Below, one piece after another: positions 16,203-24,308 of a DNA stretch of 25,500 bases. Under the pieces are notes generated by a model. The model had not been told where the DNA came from and searched no databases. It was given only the letters and a program-made list of their open reading frames with translations. This stretch comes from Armatimonadota bacterium (GTDB lineage Bacteria > Armatimonadota > Zipacnadia > Zipacnadales > UBA5352): positions 1-25,500 of the forward strand of contig JAYENL010000236.1 in the NCBI GenBank assembly GCA_034722055.1. Reading direction: 5' to 3'. The position numbers and the translations under genes were made by a program. The number at the start of each line of letters is the position of its first letter. The first letter of the stretch is position 1.

Positions 16203-17375
16203 GTGAGCGCCGCAGCACGAGATCGCAGCCACCGCTCATCCGCCGATCCGGCTCCTCGTGCCGGCCCCATGGATCGGCAGTACTTCCTCGGCGTCTGGGC
16301 CCTCATGGTCACGGGCATCGTCTTCGTATTCTCGGCGAGCTTTCCCTTCGCGGGCAGGCCCGACGCCACAGGAATGCCCGGCAATCCCTACGAGTATCTC
16401 ATCCGCCACTCCATCTACGTGGGCGGGTCCGTGGTGGCCATGCTGGTGGTCAGCCTGTGCCGGCCCCGCACCATCCGTCGCTGGAGCGGGTCCATCCTCT
16501 TCATCTGCGTGCTCCTGGTGGGGATGACTCTCTTCTCGCCGTGGGGCGTCAGCCACGGCGGCGCGCCGCGCTGGCTGAAGCTCCCGGGGCTGCCCGAGTT
16601 CCAGCCCTCGGAGCTGATGAAGATCGCCTTCATCGCGCTGCTGGCGGCGGTGCTGGCCCGCAAGGACGAGGGCCGTGACCGGGAGCCGGCCGCCTACGGC
16701 GCGGTGCTGCTGGTCACGGGCGTGATAACCGTCCTGATGCTCATGCAGCGCGATCAGGGCATGGCCACCATGTTCTGGCTCATCGCGCTGTCACTGCTGT
16801 TCTTCGCCGGCATGCGCCTCACCGCGCTGGTTCCCCTGGGGCTGGGAGGGCTGGCGCTGGGGCTGGTGCTGGCGCACCAGGAGCCCTACCGCTGGCGGCG
16901 GGTGGTGGCCTTCCTCGATCCCGAGCACGCCGCCCGCGATGTCTCCTATCACATCGTCAACATGCTCATCGCCCAGGCTCGCGGGGGGATCACCGGGATG
17001 GGGCTGGGCATGTCGCCCGACAAGTGGCGGTCCCTGCCGGCCCCGCACACCGACAGCATCTTCTCGGTCATCGGCTGCGAGTTGGGGCTCATCGGCGGCC
17101 TTGTCATCATGGCCGCCGTGGTGCTCCTCACTTGGCGGGCGCTGCACATCGCCCGGCACGCCAGCAGACCCTACGGCTTCTACCTCGCCGCGGGCGTCGC
17201 CGCCATGCTGTGCCTGCAGAGCATCGCGCACATCGCCGTGAACACCTCGTGCATGCCCTGCACCGGCCTCACTCTCCCCTTCATCAGCGGTGGGGGCACC
17301 AGCCTGCTCTCCGCCTCCGTGGCAGTGGGCATGGTCCTGTCGGTCTCGCGCTACGGGAGGCGGCCCGAGCCGTGA
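16203..17375 (+). CDS. ftsW: SEDS family peptidoglycan glycosyltransferase FtsW
   Basis: About 10 TM helices, with GAPRWL, FQPSELMK, LPAPHTD and PCTGLTLPFISGGGTS. It lies between murD and murG; ATG 16269 is an alternative start. Confidence 0.93.
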   Translation: MSAAARDRSHRSSADPAPRAGPMDRQYFLGVWALMVTGIVFVFSASFPFAGRPDATGMPGNPYEYLIRHSIYVGGSVVAMLVVSLCRPRTIRRWSGSILFICVLLVGMTLFSPWGVSHGGAPRWLKLPGLPEFQPSELMKIAFIALLAAVLARKDEGRDREPAAYGAVLLVTGVITVLMLMQRDQGMATMFWLIALSLLFFAGMRLTALVPLGLGGLALGLVLAHQEPYRWRRVVAFLDPEHAARDVSYHIVNMLIAQARGGITGMGLGMSPDKWRSLPAPHTDSIFSVIGCELGLIGGLVIMAAVVLLTWRALHIARHASRPYGFYLAAGVAAMLCLQSIAHIAVNTSCMPCTGLTLPFISGGGTSLLSASVAVGMVLSVSRYGRRPEP

Positions 17376-18487
17376 GCGCCCCGCGCCTGGTGATGGCCGG
17401 TGGCGGCACCGCGGGGCATCTCTTCCCGTGTGTGGCGGTTGCCGAGGAGGTCGAGGCCTTGGCGCCGGAGGCCCGGGTGCGGTTCGTCGGTGCTCGGGGG
17501 CGCATCGATGAGCGCATTCTGGCCGAGCGGCAGCTTTCGCACAGCCTCATCGACGCCCGCCCGCTGCCCTACCGCCCCTCGCTGGAGGCGCTGCGGGGGC
17601 TGGTGGCCCTGCCTCGATCCGTGGGGCAGTCGCGCCGCATCATCCGCGACTGCCGGCCCCACGCCATCTTCAGCACCGGCGGCTACGTCGGGGCGGCTGT
17701 GGGCCTGGCGGCGCGCATCGCGGGGGTACCCCTGGTCCTTCACGCCTCCGACGTGACGCCGGACCGGGCCAACCGCCTTCTGGCGCGCTGGGCCGCTGCC
17801 ATCACCACGGTCTCTGCGGAGGCGGCAGAGGCCCTCTCGCCCAAGGCCGTGGTGACCGGCAACCCCGTCCGTGCCGAGGTCGCCGATGCCACGCCTGAGG
17901 ACGCCGTGCGGGAGCTCGGGATCGAGGCTGACCTGCTCACCATCCTCGTCACCGGCGGGAGCCAGGGCGCCCGGCGCCTCAACACCGCCGTCATCGGTGC
18001 GCTGCCGGAGCTGCTCGAACGGGTGGGCGTGCAGGTGGTGCACCTCTCCGGCTCGCTGGACTACGGGACGCTGCGCCAGGAGGCCGAGCGCCTCGGGGCC
18101 CCCGAGCGCTATCATCTCATTGAGCACCTGCCCAACCCCGGCCCGGCCCTTGCCGCGGCTGACCTGGCGGTGACGCGGGCCGGCGCCGGCAGCCTGGCCG
18201 AGCTGTGCCTGCATGGTGTGCCGATGATCGTCGTGCCCTACCCCTTCGCGGGCGGGCACCAGCGCCTCAACGCCGAGCCGCTGGCCGAGGCCGGGGCCGC
18301 CGTGATCGTGGAGGACGAGCAGTTCACCGCGGAGCGCCTCCTCGCGCTGGTCAGGGAGATCCTCGGCGACGAGGAGCGCCGTAGGAGGATGGCGGAGGCC
18401 GCCCTGGCGGCGGCGCGCCCCAGTGCCGCCGCAGAGATCGCCGGGATCCTGCTGCAGGTGGCCGGGGCCGAGGCGGCGCGTCCTTAG
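17372..18487 (+). CDS. murG: Lipid II GlcNAc transferase MurG
   Basis: Motifs AGGGTAGH, STGGYV, TGNPVR, TGGSQGA, RAGAGSLAE and HQRLNA. GTG 17372 overlaps the ftsW stop. Confidence 0.95.
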   Translation: MSAPRLVMAGGGTAGHLFPCVAVAEEVEALAPEARVRFVGARGRIDERILAERQLSHSLIDARPLPYRPSLEALRGLVALPRSVGQSRRIIRDCRPHAIFSTGGYVGAAVGLAARIAGVPLVLHASDVTPDRANRLLARWAAAITTVSAEAAEALSPKAVVTGNPVRAEVADATPEDAVRELGIEADLLTILVTGGSQGARRLNTAVIGALPELLERVGVQVVHLSGSLDYGTLRQEAERLGAPERYHLIEHLPNPGPALAAADLAVTRAGAGSLAELCLHGVPMIVVPYPFAGGHQRLNAEPLAEAGAAVIVEDEQFTAERLLALVREILGDEERRRRMAEAALAAARPSAAAEIAGILLQVAGAEAARP

Positions 18488-18495
18488 ACTGTAAC

Positions 18496-18587
18496 TTGCG
18501 GGCGCGGGCACCCGCAATCCAGCGAAGCGCTGGGGCGGCCGCCAGCAACCCGGATGCGTACTGGGGCGCGGGCGCCCTCGCCCGCGC
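18496..18587. repeat. Inverted pair of 27-nt REP-like hairpins (REPIN/BIME-like doublet)
   Basis: Minus-strand 18496-18522 (CTGGATTGCGGGTGCCCGCGCCCGCAA) and plus-strand 18561-18587 (CTGGGGCGCGGGCGCCCTCGCCCGCGC) are 20/27 identical, with compensatory stem changes. Confidence 0.6.
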
Positions 18588-18623
18588 TTTCCGCCGACAT
18601 TACGCATTCGCACTTGGTGGCGC

Positions 18624-18652
18624 TTGCCGACTCGCCACCCAGGGCGTAGAAT
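18624..18652 (+). promoter_or_regulatory. Internal sigma70-type promoter upstream of murC
   Basis: TTGCCG (18624-18629), a 17-nt spacer, then TAGAAT (18647-18652). Confidence 0.6.
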
Positions 18653-18703
18653 GAGACAGGCCCGCCGGCCCGACGCGAAGATGCCTGCCGTGGAGCGTTG
18701 CTG

Positions 18704-20092
18704 ATGGTCGCGATCAACCGGATCCAGCTCCAAGCCGATCAGAAGGTCCACCTCATCGGGGTGGGCGGGGTGGGGATGAGCGCTCTCGCTGCCATCCTGG
18801 CTCGCCGCGGCATCACCGTGTCCGGCTCGGACCGCAGCGAGAGCCCCCGGCTGCAGCGCCTTCGGGAGCTGGGTATGGAGGTCTCCGTGCCGCAGACGGA
18901 GGGAGGGGCCGGCGATGCGGACGTCGTGGTCAGGTCCACCGCCATCTCCGATGACAACCCCGAGCTGGCCGACGCCCGGGCCCGCGGGATACCCGTCTAC
19001 CACCGCTCCGAGCTGCTGGCGGCCATCGTCCGCGGCATGACCAGGGTCGCCATCTCCGGGACCCACGGGAAGACCACCACCACCGCCATGCTCGCCGCCA
19101 TCATGCTGGAGGCCGGTCGCGACCCGCTGGCCATCATCGGCGGTGACGCCGCCAACTTCGGCGACAACTACCATCTCGGGTCCGAGCCGCTGGCCATCTT
19201 CGAGGCCTGCGAGAGCGACGCCAGCTTCCTCCGCTACGGCCCATGCTCGGAGATCATCACCAACGTTGAGCCCGACCACCTCGACCAGCACGGCGACTTC
19301 AGCGAGGTCCGCCGCGTCTTCGGGGAGTTCGTGGAGCTGGTGCCGCCGGAGGGCTTCCTGGCATGGGGCGCCGAGGACCCGCACCTGGGCCGCATGGCCC
19401 GGCGCTGCCGGGGCGAGAGCATCCCCTGCGGCCTCCGCACCGAGGCGGCCTTCAGCGCCGACGAGATCGAGCTGCAGCCCTTCGGCGCCAGCTTCCGGCT
19501 CCTGGCTGAGGGCCGCGCCGTCGGCCGCGTTCACCTGCGGGTCCCCGGCGAGCATAACGTGCGCAACGCGCTGCTGGTGGTGGCCGCCGCCACGCGCCTG
19601 GGGGTCTCCGCTGAGCAGGCGGTGGCGGGCCTGGCGCAGTTCCGAGGCGTGGGCCGCCGCTTCGAGCTGCTGGGGGAGCTGGACGGTGCGCTGGTGATCG
19701 ATGACTACGCCCACCACCCCACTGAGGTGGCTGCCACCCTCGCGGCCGCCCGGCGCGGCTGGCCCGACCGGCGCATCATTGCCATCTTCCAGCCGCACCT
19801 CTACTCCCGCACCCGGGACTTCATGGATGATTTCGCTGAGGCGCTCGCTGCCGCGGACGTGGTTATCGTGGCGGCCATCTACGGCGCTCGCGAGCAGCCC
19901 ATCGAGGGTGTGCGTGCCGAGGACCTCGCCCAGCGCGTCGCCGGGAGGGCACCGGACAGGGAGGTCCGATGCGTGCCCGACAAGCGCGAGATCATCGAGG
20001 CCGTCCGTGGCCTGGTGAGGCCCGATGATCTCGTCCTGACGCTGGGCGCAGGCGACATCCGCCAGGTGGGGGAGGCCCTGGCATGCAGGTAG
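18704..20092 (+). CDS. murC: UDP-N-acetylmuramate:L-alanine ligase
   Basis: Motifs HLIGVGGVGMS, SGTHGKTTTT, EACESDASFL, TNVEPDHLD, GVGRRFE, DDYAHHPTE and FQPHLYSRT. SD GGAG lies before ATG 18704. Confidence 0.96.
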   Translation: MVAINRIQLQADQKVHLIGVGGVGMSALAAILARRGITVSGSDRSESPRLQRLRELGMEVSVPQTEGGAGDADVVVRSTAISDDNPELADARARGIPVYHRSELLAAIVRGMTRVAISGTHGKTTTTAMLAAIMLEAGRDPLAIIGGDAANFGDNYHLGSEPLAIFEACESDASFLRYGPCSEIITNVEPDHLDQHGDFSEVRRVFGEFVELVPPEGFLAWGAEDPHLGRMARRCRGESIPCGLRTEAAFSADEIELQPFGASFRLLAEGRAVGRVHLRVPGEHNVRNALLVVAAATRLGVSAEQAVAGLAQFRGVGRRFELLGELDGALVIDDYAHHPTEVAATLAAARRGWPDRRIIAIFQPHLYSRTRDFMDDFAEALAAADVVIVAAIYGAREQPIEGVRAEDLAQRVAGRAPDREVRCVPDKREIIEAVRGLVRPDDLVLTLGAGDIRQVGEALACR

Positions 20093-20871
20093 CCCCCAGT
20101 GCCGACAGGGCCCCCTCCTCCGCCCGATCGCGATCGCGGGCCGCCGAGCGTCGCGGGCGCCGGAAGACAGCAGGCACCGCCGCCTGGCTGGTGGGGGTCT
20201 CGGTGGTCATCGGCCTCGTGCTTGGGGTCTCCGGCTCCGACCTCTTCCTGGTCCGGGAGGTCTGGGTGACCTCGCACAACCGGAGCCTGCAGGCCGAGGC
20301 GGCCGACCGAGCCCGGCAGCTTGAGTTCGGCACCGTGTGGCTTCCGCCCACCCGGGACATCGAGCGGCAGATCGGTGGCCTCCCGCGCGCACGCTCGGTG
20401 CAGATCGCCAGGGAGCTGCCGGGCACGCTCATCATCTCCGTCGAGCCCCGCATCCCCATCGCGGTGGTCCATGATGAGGACCGGTACATGGCTATCGACG
20501 CCGAGGGGGTCTGCCTTTACTGGACCGGCTCCCCGCCGCAGGGACTGCCCGTGGTGCACCTTGAGCGTCCCGAGCTGATGGAGGTAGGCCGCATTCTGCC
20601 TGGCCGCGACGTGGCCTGGATTCGCGCCGTGATGCAGGGCCTGGCCGAGAACGACCTCGTGGACGGCGCTACCATCGACCTCACTCACCCCGTGTGCATG
20701 ACGGTCTCCACCGCCGACGGTGTGCTCGGCAAGCTGGGCAACGAGCGCCTTCTATACGAGAAGGCGCTGCTGTTCGGCGAGCTGCTGGGCAGGCTGAGGG
20801 ACCGAGGCGAGACGCCTCTGTACATCGATCTGCGCGTGCTCTCCCGGCCCACCTACAAGCCGCTGAGGTAG
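20083..20871 (+). CDS. ftsQ: Cell division protein FtsQ/DivIB
   Basis: Basic N-terminal tail, single TM helix, POTRA-like region (LPRARSVQIARELPGTLIISVEPR) and C-terminal YIDLR, directly before ftsA. Confidence 0.85.
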   Translation: MQVAPSADRAPSSARSRSRAAERRGRRKTAGTAAWLVGVSVVIGLVLGVSGSDLFLVREVWVTSHNRSLQAEAADRARQLEFGTVWLPPTRDIERQIGGLPRARSVQIARELPGTLIISVEPRIPIAVVHDEDRYMAIDAEGVCLYWTGSPPQGLPVVHLERPELMEVGRILPGRDVAWIRAVMQGLAENDLVDGATIDLTHPVCMTVSTADGVLGKLGNERLLYEKALLFGELLGRLRDRGETPLYIDLRVLSRPTYKPLR

Positions 20872-20981
20872 CTGCGGCCTCCGTCGCCGGGGAGGAGGAG
20901 CACGGCGGCGCGGCGAATCACGCACGGCGACGGCGCCACGAGCGCCCGCGGTGTCAGTTCGTCGCCCGGAGGCCACCAGCG

Positions 20982-22217
20982 GTGCCACAGTCCGCGCCGG
21001 TAGCCGGCATTGACGTCGGCACAACCAAGGTCTGCACCGTTATCGGCCGCCCGCGGCCTGACGGGCGCCTGGGGGTGCTCGGCGTCGGTCTCAACCCCTC
21101 CGCCGGCCTCAAACGCGGCGTCATCGTGGACCGCGAGGACGCCATCGCCTCCATCCGTGAGGCGGTGGCTACGGCCCAGGAGCAGGCCGGGGTGGAGCTG
21201 GCCAGCGCCTACGTGGGCGTGACCGGCGCACATATCTCCTCCGTCAACGTCACCGGCCGCACGAACGTCGCGCCCGGCCCGGCCGTCTCAGAGGAGGACG
21301 TTCAGCGCGCGGTGCAGAGCGCCCGTGACGCCGTCCCGCTTCCCCAGGACCGCGAGATCGTCCACGAGGTGATCCGGGGCTTCGCCGTTGACGGCGAGAC
21401 GGGCGTCTCCCGGCCTGTGGGCATGTCCGGCCGCCGCCTGGATGTCGAGCTGCACGCCGTCACCGGCACCGCCAGCATCGTCGAGAACGTGGAGCGTTGC
21501 GTCGAGGATGCCGGCGTGGCCGTGGCTCGGCGGGTGCTGGAGCCCATCGCCACCGGTCTCGCCGTCATCACTGACGCCGAGCGCGACCTGGGCGTCATCC
21601 TCATCGACGTGGGCGGTGGCACCAGCGACATTGCGGTCTTCCTGGGCGGCTCCATCGCCCACACCTCGGCCATCCCGGTGGGCGGCAATCACGTCACCCG
21701 CGACATCGCCCGCCTCCTGCGCGTCTCCTTTGGGGAGGCCGAGAAGCTCAAGTGCCGCTACGCCCGCGCCATGCCTCAGAACGTGCCCTCCGACGAGAGC
21801 GTTCAGGTCATGCTCGCCGACGGCAGCGAGACCGAGGACGTGCCCCTGCACCTGGTGGCGGAGATCATCGAGCCGCGCCTCGAGGAGATCTTTGCCCTGG
21901 TGCGCAGCAACATCCTGCGCTCCGGGTGCTACGAGCAGGCCAGTGCCGGCGTGGTGCTCTCCGGCGGCGGGTCGCAGCTCCCGGACACCCCCGCCCTGGC
22001 CTCCGCCGTGCTCGATGATCTGCCCGTCCGCGTGGGGAGCCCGCGCGACGTTGCCGGCTCCATTGAGGCCATCGCCAACCCCGTCTACGCCACGGGCTTC
22101 GGCCTCGCGCTGCTGGCGGCCCGCGAGGGCCACGTCGCGGTCGCCGTCGCCGAGGCCCGCCCCGGCCTCATCGACCGCATCCGCCACTGGTGGGAGCGCA
22201 TCCTCCCCCGCGCTTAG
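20982..22217 (+). CDS. ftsA: Cell division protein FtsA
   Basis: Motifs GIDVGTTKV, GLKRGVIVD, IDVGGGTSD, PVGGNHVTRDI, VLSGGGSQL and YATGFGL, with C-terminal amphipathic helix GLIDRIRHWWERI. SD GGAGG lies before GTG 20982. Confidence 0.96.
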   Translation: MPQSAPVAGIDVGTTKVCTVIGRPRPDGRLGVLGVGLNPSAGLKRGVIVDREDAIASIREAVATAQEQAGVELASAYVGVTGAHISSVNVTGRTNVAPGPAVSEEDVQRAVQSARDAVPLPQDREIVHEVIRGFAVDGETGVSRPVGMSGRRLDVELHAVTGTASIVENVERCVEDAGVAVARRVLEPIATGLAVITDAERDLGVILIDVGGGTSDIAVFLGGSIAHTSAIPVGGNHVTRDIARLLRVSFGEAEKLKCRYARAMPQNVPSDESVQVMLADGSETEDVPLHLVAEIIEPRLEEIFALVRSNILRSGCYEQASAGVVLSGGGSQLPDTPALASAVLDDLPVRVGSPRDVAGSIEAIANPVYATGFGLALLAAREGHVAVAVAEARPGLIDRIRHWWERILPRA

Positions 22218-22302
22218 TGGCCACTTGCGCGTGGTCGTCTGCGCGCCATGTCCCCGTCTGAGGTTTCGTCCCATCGAGGCCCGGGGCTCCGTGACCACGG
22301 CC

Positions 22303-22324
22303 GTCGGCTGGAAGCCCGACCTAC
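22303..22324 (-). repeat. GTAG-footed REP-like hairpin
   Basis: The minus strand reads GTAGGTCGGGCTTCCAGCCGAC, a GTAG foot plus an imperfect GTCGG..CCGAC stem. Confidence 0.55.
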
Positions 22325-22363
22325 GCGGGGAAGGCAATGGCGACGGTGTCGGTCGTGCCGTTT

Positions 22364-22389
22364 GGAGGGGCCGGTCTCCGTCCCGGCCC
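22364..22389 (+). repeat. GGAG-footed REP-like hairpin
   Basis: GGAG-GGGCCGG-TCTCCGTC-CCGGCCC, with an identical foot and stem at 23996-24074. Confidence 0.55.
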
Positions 22390-22409
22390 GGCCGTGCTTG
22401 GGTCCAGCC

Positions 22410-22436
22410 GAAACCTTCGCGCCCCCACCGTGTCTA
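22410..22436 (+). promoter_or_regulatory. Putative ECF sigma factor promoter
   Basis: GAAACC (22410-22415), a 16-nt spacer, then GTCTA (22432-22436), upstream of an anti-sigma gene. Confidence 0.55.
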
Positions 22437-22527
22437 TACTCCTGCGGGGCACACTCGCAGATCACACCGCAGCCGGTCCCCGCGGGCTGAGGCCCACGCA
22501 AACACCCTTGTTGGTGGCGGTAGGATC

Positions 22528-23934
22528 GTGTCCTGGCATCCTGAGATCGGCGAGATTCAGAGCCTCGTGGACGGGGAGCTTGACCCGCGCGGTCGCCGAT
22601 CCATCGAGGCCCACCTGCAAAGCTGCGAGCGCTGCAGGCGCATTGCAGGGCGGCTTCGGGACCTGAGCGAGACGCTGCGGTCAATCGCCCCGCCCACCCC
22701 ACCTGCGGACCTGCAGGGCCGCATCCTCAGTGCGGCCTCCGAGGCTCCGCGGGCGCGCCAGCTCACATGTTCCGAGTGCACCGAGCTTGCCTCCGCGTAC
22801 ATCGACGGCGAGCTCTTCGGCTCCGAGCGCGACGCCTTCGAGGCTCATGTCTTCACCTGCGAGGCCTGCTACGCCGCCCTCAAGCACATGGAGCGCACCG
22901 CCCTGGTCATCCGTGAGACGCCGCGGACTGCCGCGCCGGCAGGCCTTCGCGAGCGCATCCATGCCGCGGTTGAGGTCGAGCGCAGCGCCTCGGTGTTCAC
23001 GATGCGCCGGGTCGTCGGAGGTCTCGCGGGCCTGGCCGCCGCGGCGGCTATCCTGGCGGCGCTCATCCTCCCGCGAGTTTACGAGACTCGCCCCACCTCG
23101 CCCCAGCCGGTCATTGCCGAGCGCCCCGTTGAGGCGGAGGCTCCTGCTGCGGAGACTGGGCCCGCCGTGAGCGAGGATCGCTTGGAGCCAGCCGGGGAGG
23201 CGGAGCTGGCGGAGGCGACGCCCACCGCATTAGAGGCCGGCGATGCGCCCGCGCGACAGCCCTCGCGCCACCGATCCGCGCCGGGGACACGCCCGGCAGC
23301 GCCGCCGGCCCCCGCGCCGGCGGCTGAGGCCGCCCCAGGAAGCAGCGCCGAACACGACAGTGCGCCGGGGCGCCCGCGGGTGACGCCGCCGAGCGCCACG
23401 CTGGGGGAGGACGATGAGCGTGGTGCGACGCCCGCGGCGAGTGACGGTGCGCCGGTGGAGGAGGACGCCGACGACGGAGGGCCGCGCCGTCCCGAGCGCG
23501 CGCCCGGCCCGATGGAGCCCGCCCCCAGCGAGGAGGCAGCGGTCGGGCCGGTACTGGCATCTGGCCCGGAGATGGAGGAGCCTGCCGTGCCCCCGACGCC
23601 TGCCGCCGAGGACGATACTGTCAGGCCGGGGGCCTCCTCGGCAACGGAGGGCCCGACCACGGACACCTCGGAGACTGCCCTCGCCACGGGGCCGCGCACC
23701 ACCGGCCCCAGGGTGCGGGCGCAGCCGGCTCCTCCGGCGGCTTCCTCAGTCGAGGCAACCTCAGGCCGCAATCCCATACGCCTGGCAGTCCTGCCGACTC
23801 GGCGAGGCACTCAGATGGTCATCGAGCAGTCCCCGGAGCCTCGTGCCGAGATCTTGGCCCGCCACAGTGAAGCGGTCAATCGGGAGTCCAGGTCCGCCTT
23901 CGACAACCCTCGCACCGGCATCGAGCTGCGCTAG
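22528..23934 (+). CDS. Anti-sigma factor-like protein with two tandem zf-HC2 (ZAS) domains, one TM helix and a long Pro/Ala/Glu-rich extracytoplasmic tail
   Basis: VDGEL...EAHLQSCERC and CSEC...YIDGEL...EAHVFTCEAC (HxxxCxxC twice), TM VVGGLAGLAAAAAILAALIL. GTG 22528 follows GGTAGGA. Confidence 0.85.
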   Translation: MSWHPEIGEIQSLVDGELDPRGRRSIEAHLQSCERCRRIAGRLRDLSETLRSIAPPTPPADLQGRILSAASEAPRARQLTCSECTELASAYIDGELFGSERDAFEAHVFTCEACYAALKHMERTALVIRETPRTAAPAGLRERIHAAVEVERSASVFTMRRVVGGLAGLAAAAAILAALILPRVYETRPTSPQPVIAERPVEAEAPAAETGPAVSEDRLEPAGEAELAEATPTALEAGDAPARQPSRHRSAPGTRPAAPPAPAPAAEAAPGSSAEHDSAPGRPRVTPPSATLGEDDERGATPAASDGAPVEEDADDGGPRRPERAPGPMEPAPSEEAAVGPVLASGPEMEEPAVPPTPAAEDDTVRPGASSATEGPTTDTSETALATGPRTTGPRVRAQPAPPAASSVEATSGRNPIRLAVLPTRRGTQMVIEQSPEPRAEILARHSEAVNRESRSAFDNPRTGIELR

Positions 23935-23947
23935 GGCTGACTGGCAC

Positions 23948-24193
23948 AAGTTCGCGTATCATGCGGCGGCACGGCGGTGCGTCTGCTGCTACCATGGAGG
24001 GGCCGGCCGCGAGCGCAGCGAGCGGTGGAAGGTCGCGAGCGAAGCGAGGGACCTTTCAGGTTCCACCCCGGCCCACGGCGCGCCGCTCGGCGCCAAACGG
24101 CATGCAGGCGAGGGCGCCTGCATTACGTAGCGTGTGGGCTCGGGTGAGACCCCAACAGACACAGCACCGTAACGCCCCACGCTACGCGAACTT
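23948..24193. repeat. 246-bp segment bounded by an 11-bp perfect inverted repeat and containing a branched GGAG-footed hairpin
   Basis: AAGTTCGCGTA at 23948-23958 and TACGCGAACTT at 24183-24193, with the internal element at 23996-24074. Confidence 0.45.
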
Positions 24194-24308
24194 CCGCGAC
24201 TGTGCGCTAGGCGCACCGAACTTCATGACACCCGCGAGCGTCGGCCCACTATCGGGGCGACGCTTTTCGTACCAGACGTCCTCCAGCAGGTGCTTTGCGG
24301 TGAGAGCG

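Noticed and set aside
17351..19798. 815-aa minus-strand ORF and the other long antisense ORFs over dcw genes
   Set aside because: These are shadow ORFs typical of high-GC coding DNA, lying opposite well-supported genes, with no motifs.
21388..22527. 848-aa ORF suggesting a long N-terminal extension or an ftsA/anti-sigma overlap
   Set aside because: The upstream part is an alternate frame of ftsA plus repeat-containing intergenic DNA. Recognisable protein begins at GTG 22528.
24218..24244. GAACTT-16-GTCGG as a second ECF promoter
   Set aside because: The -10 match is weak, and GAACTT also occurs as part of the neighbouring inverted repeat, so support is insufficient.
23961..24308. 116-aa N-terminal extension of the M28 protein
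   Set aside because: It runs through hairpin repeats, and the lipoprotein signal peptide fixes the start at ATG 24309.
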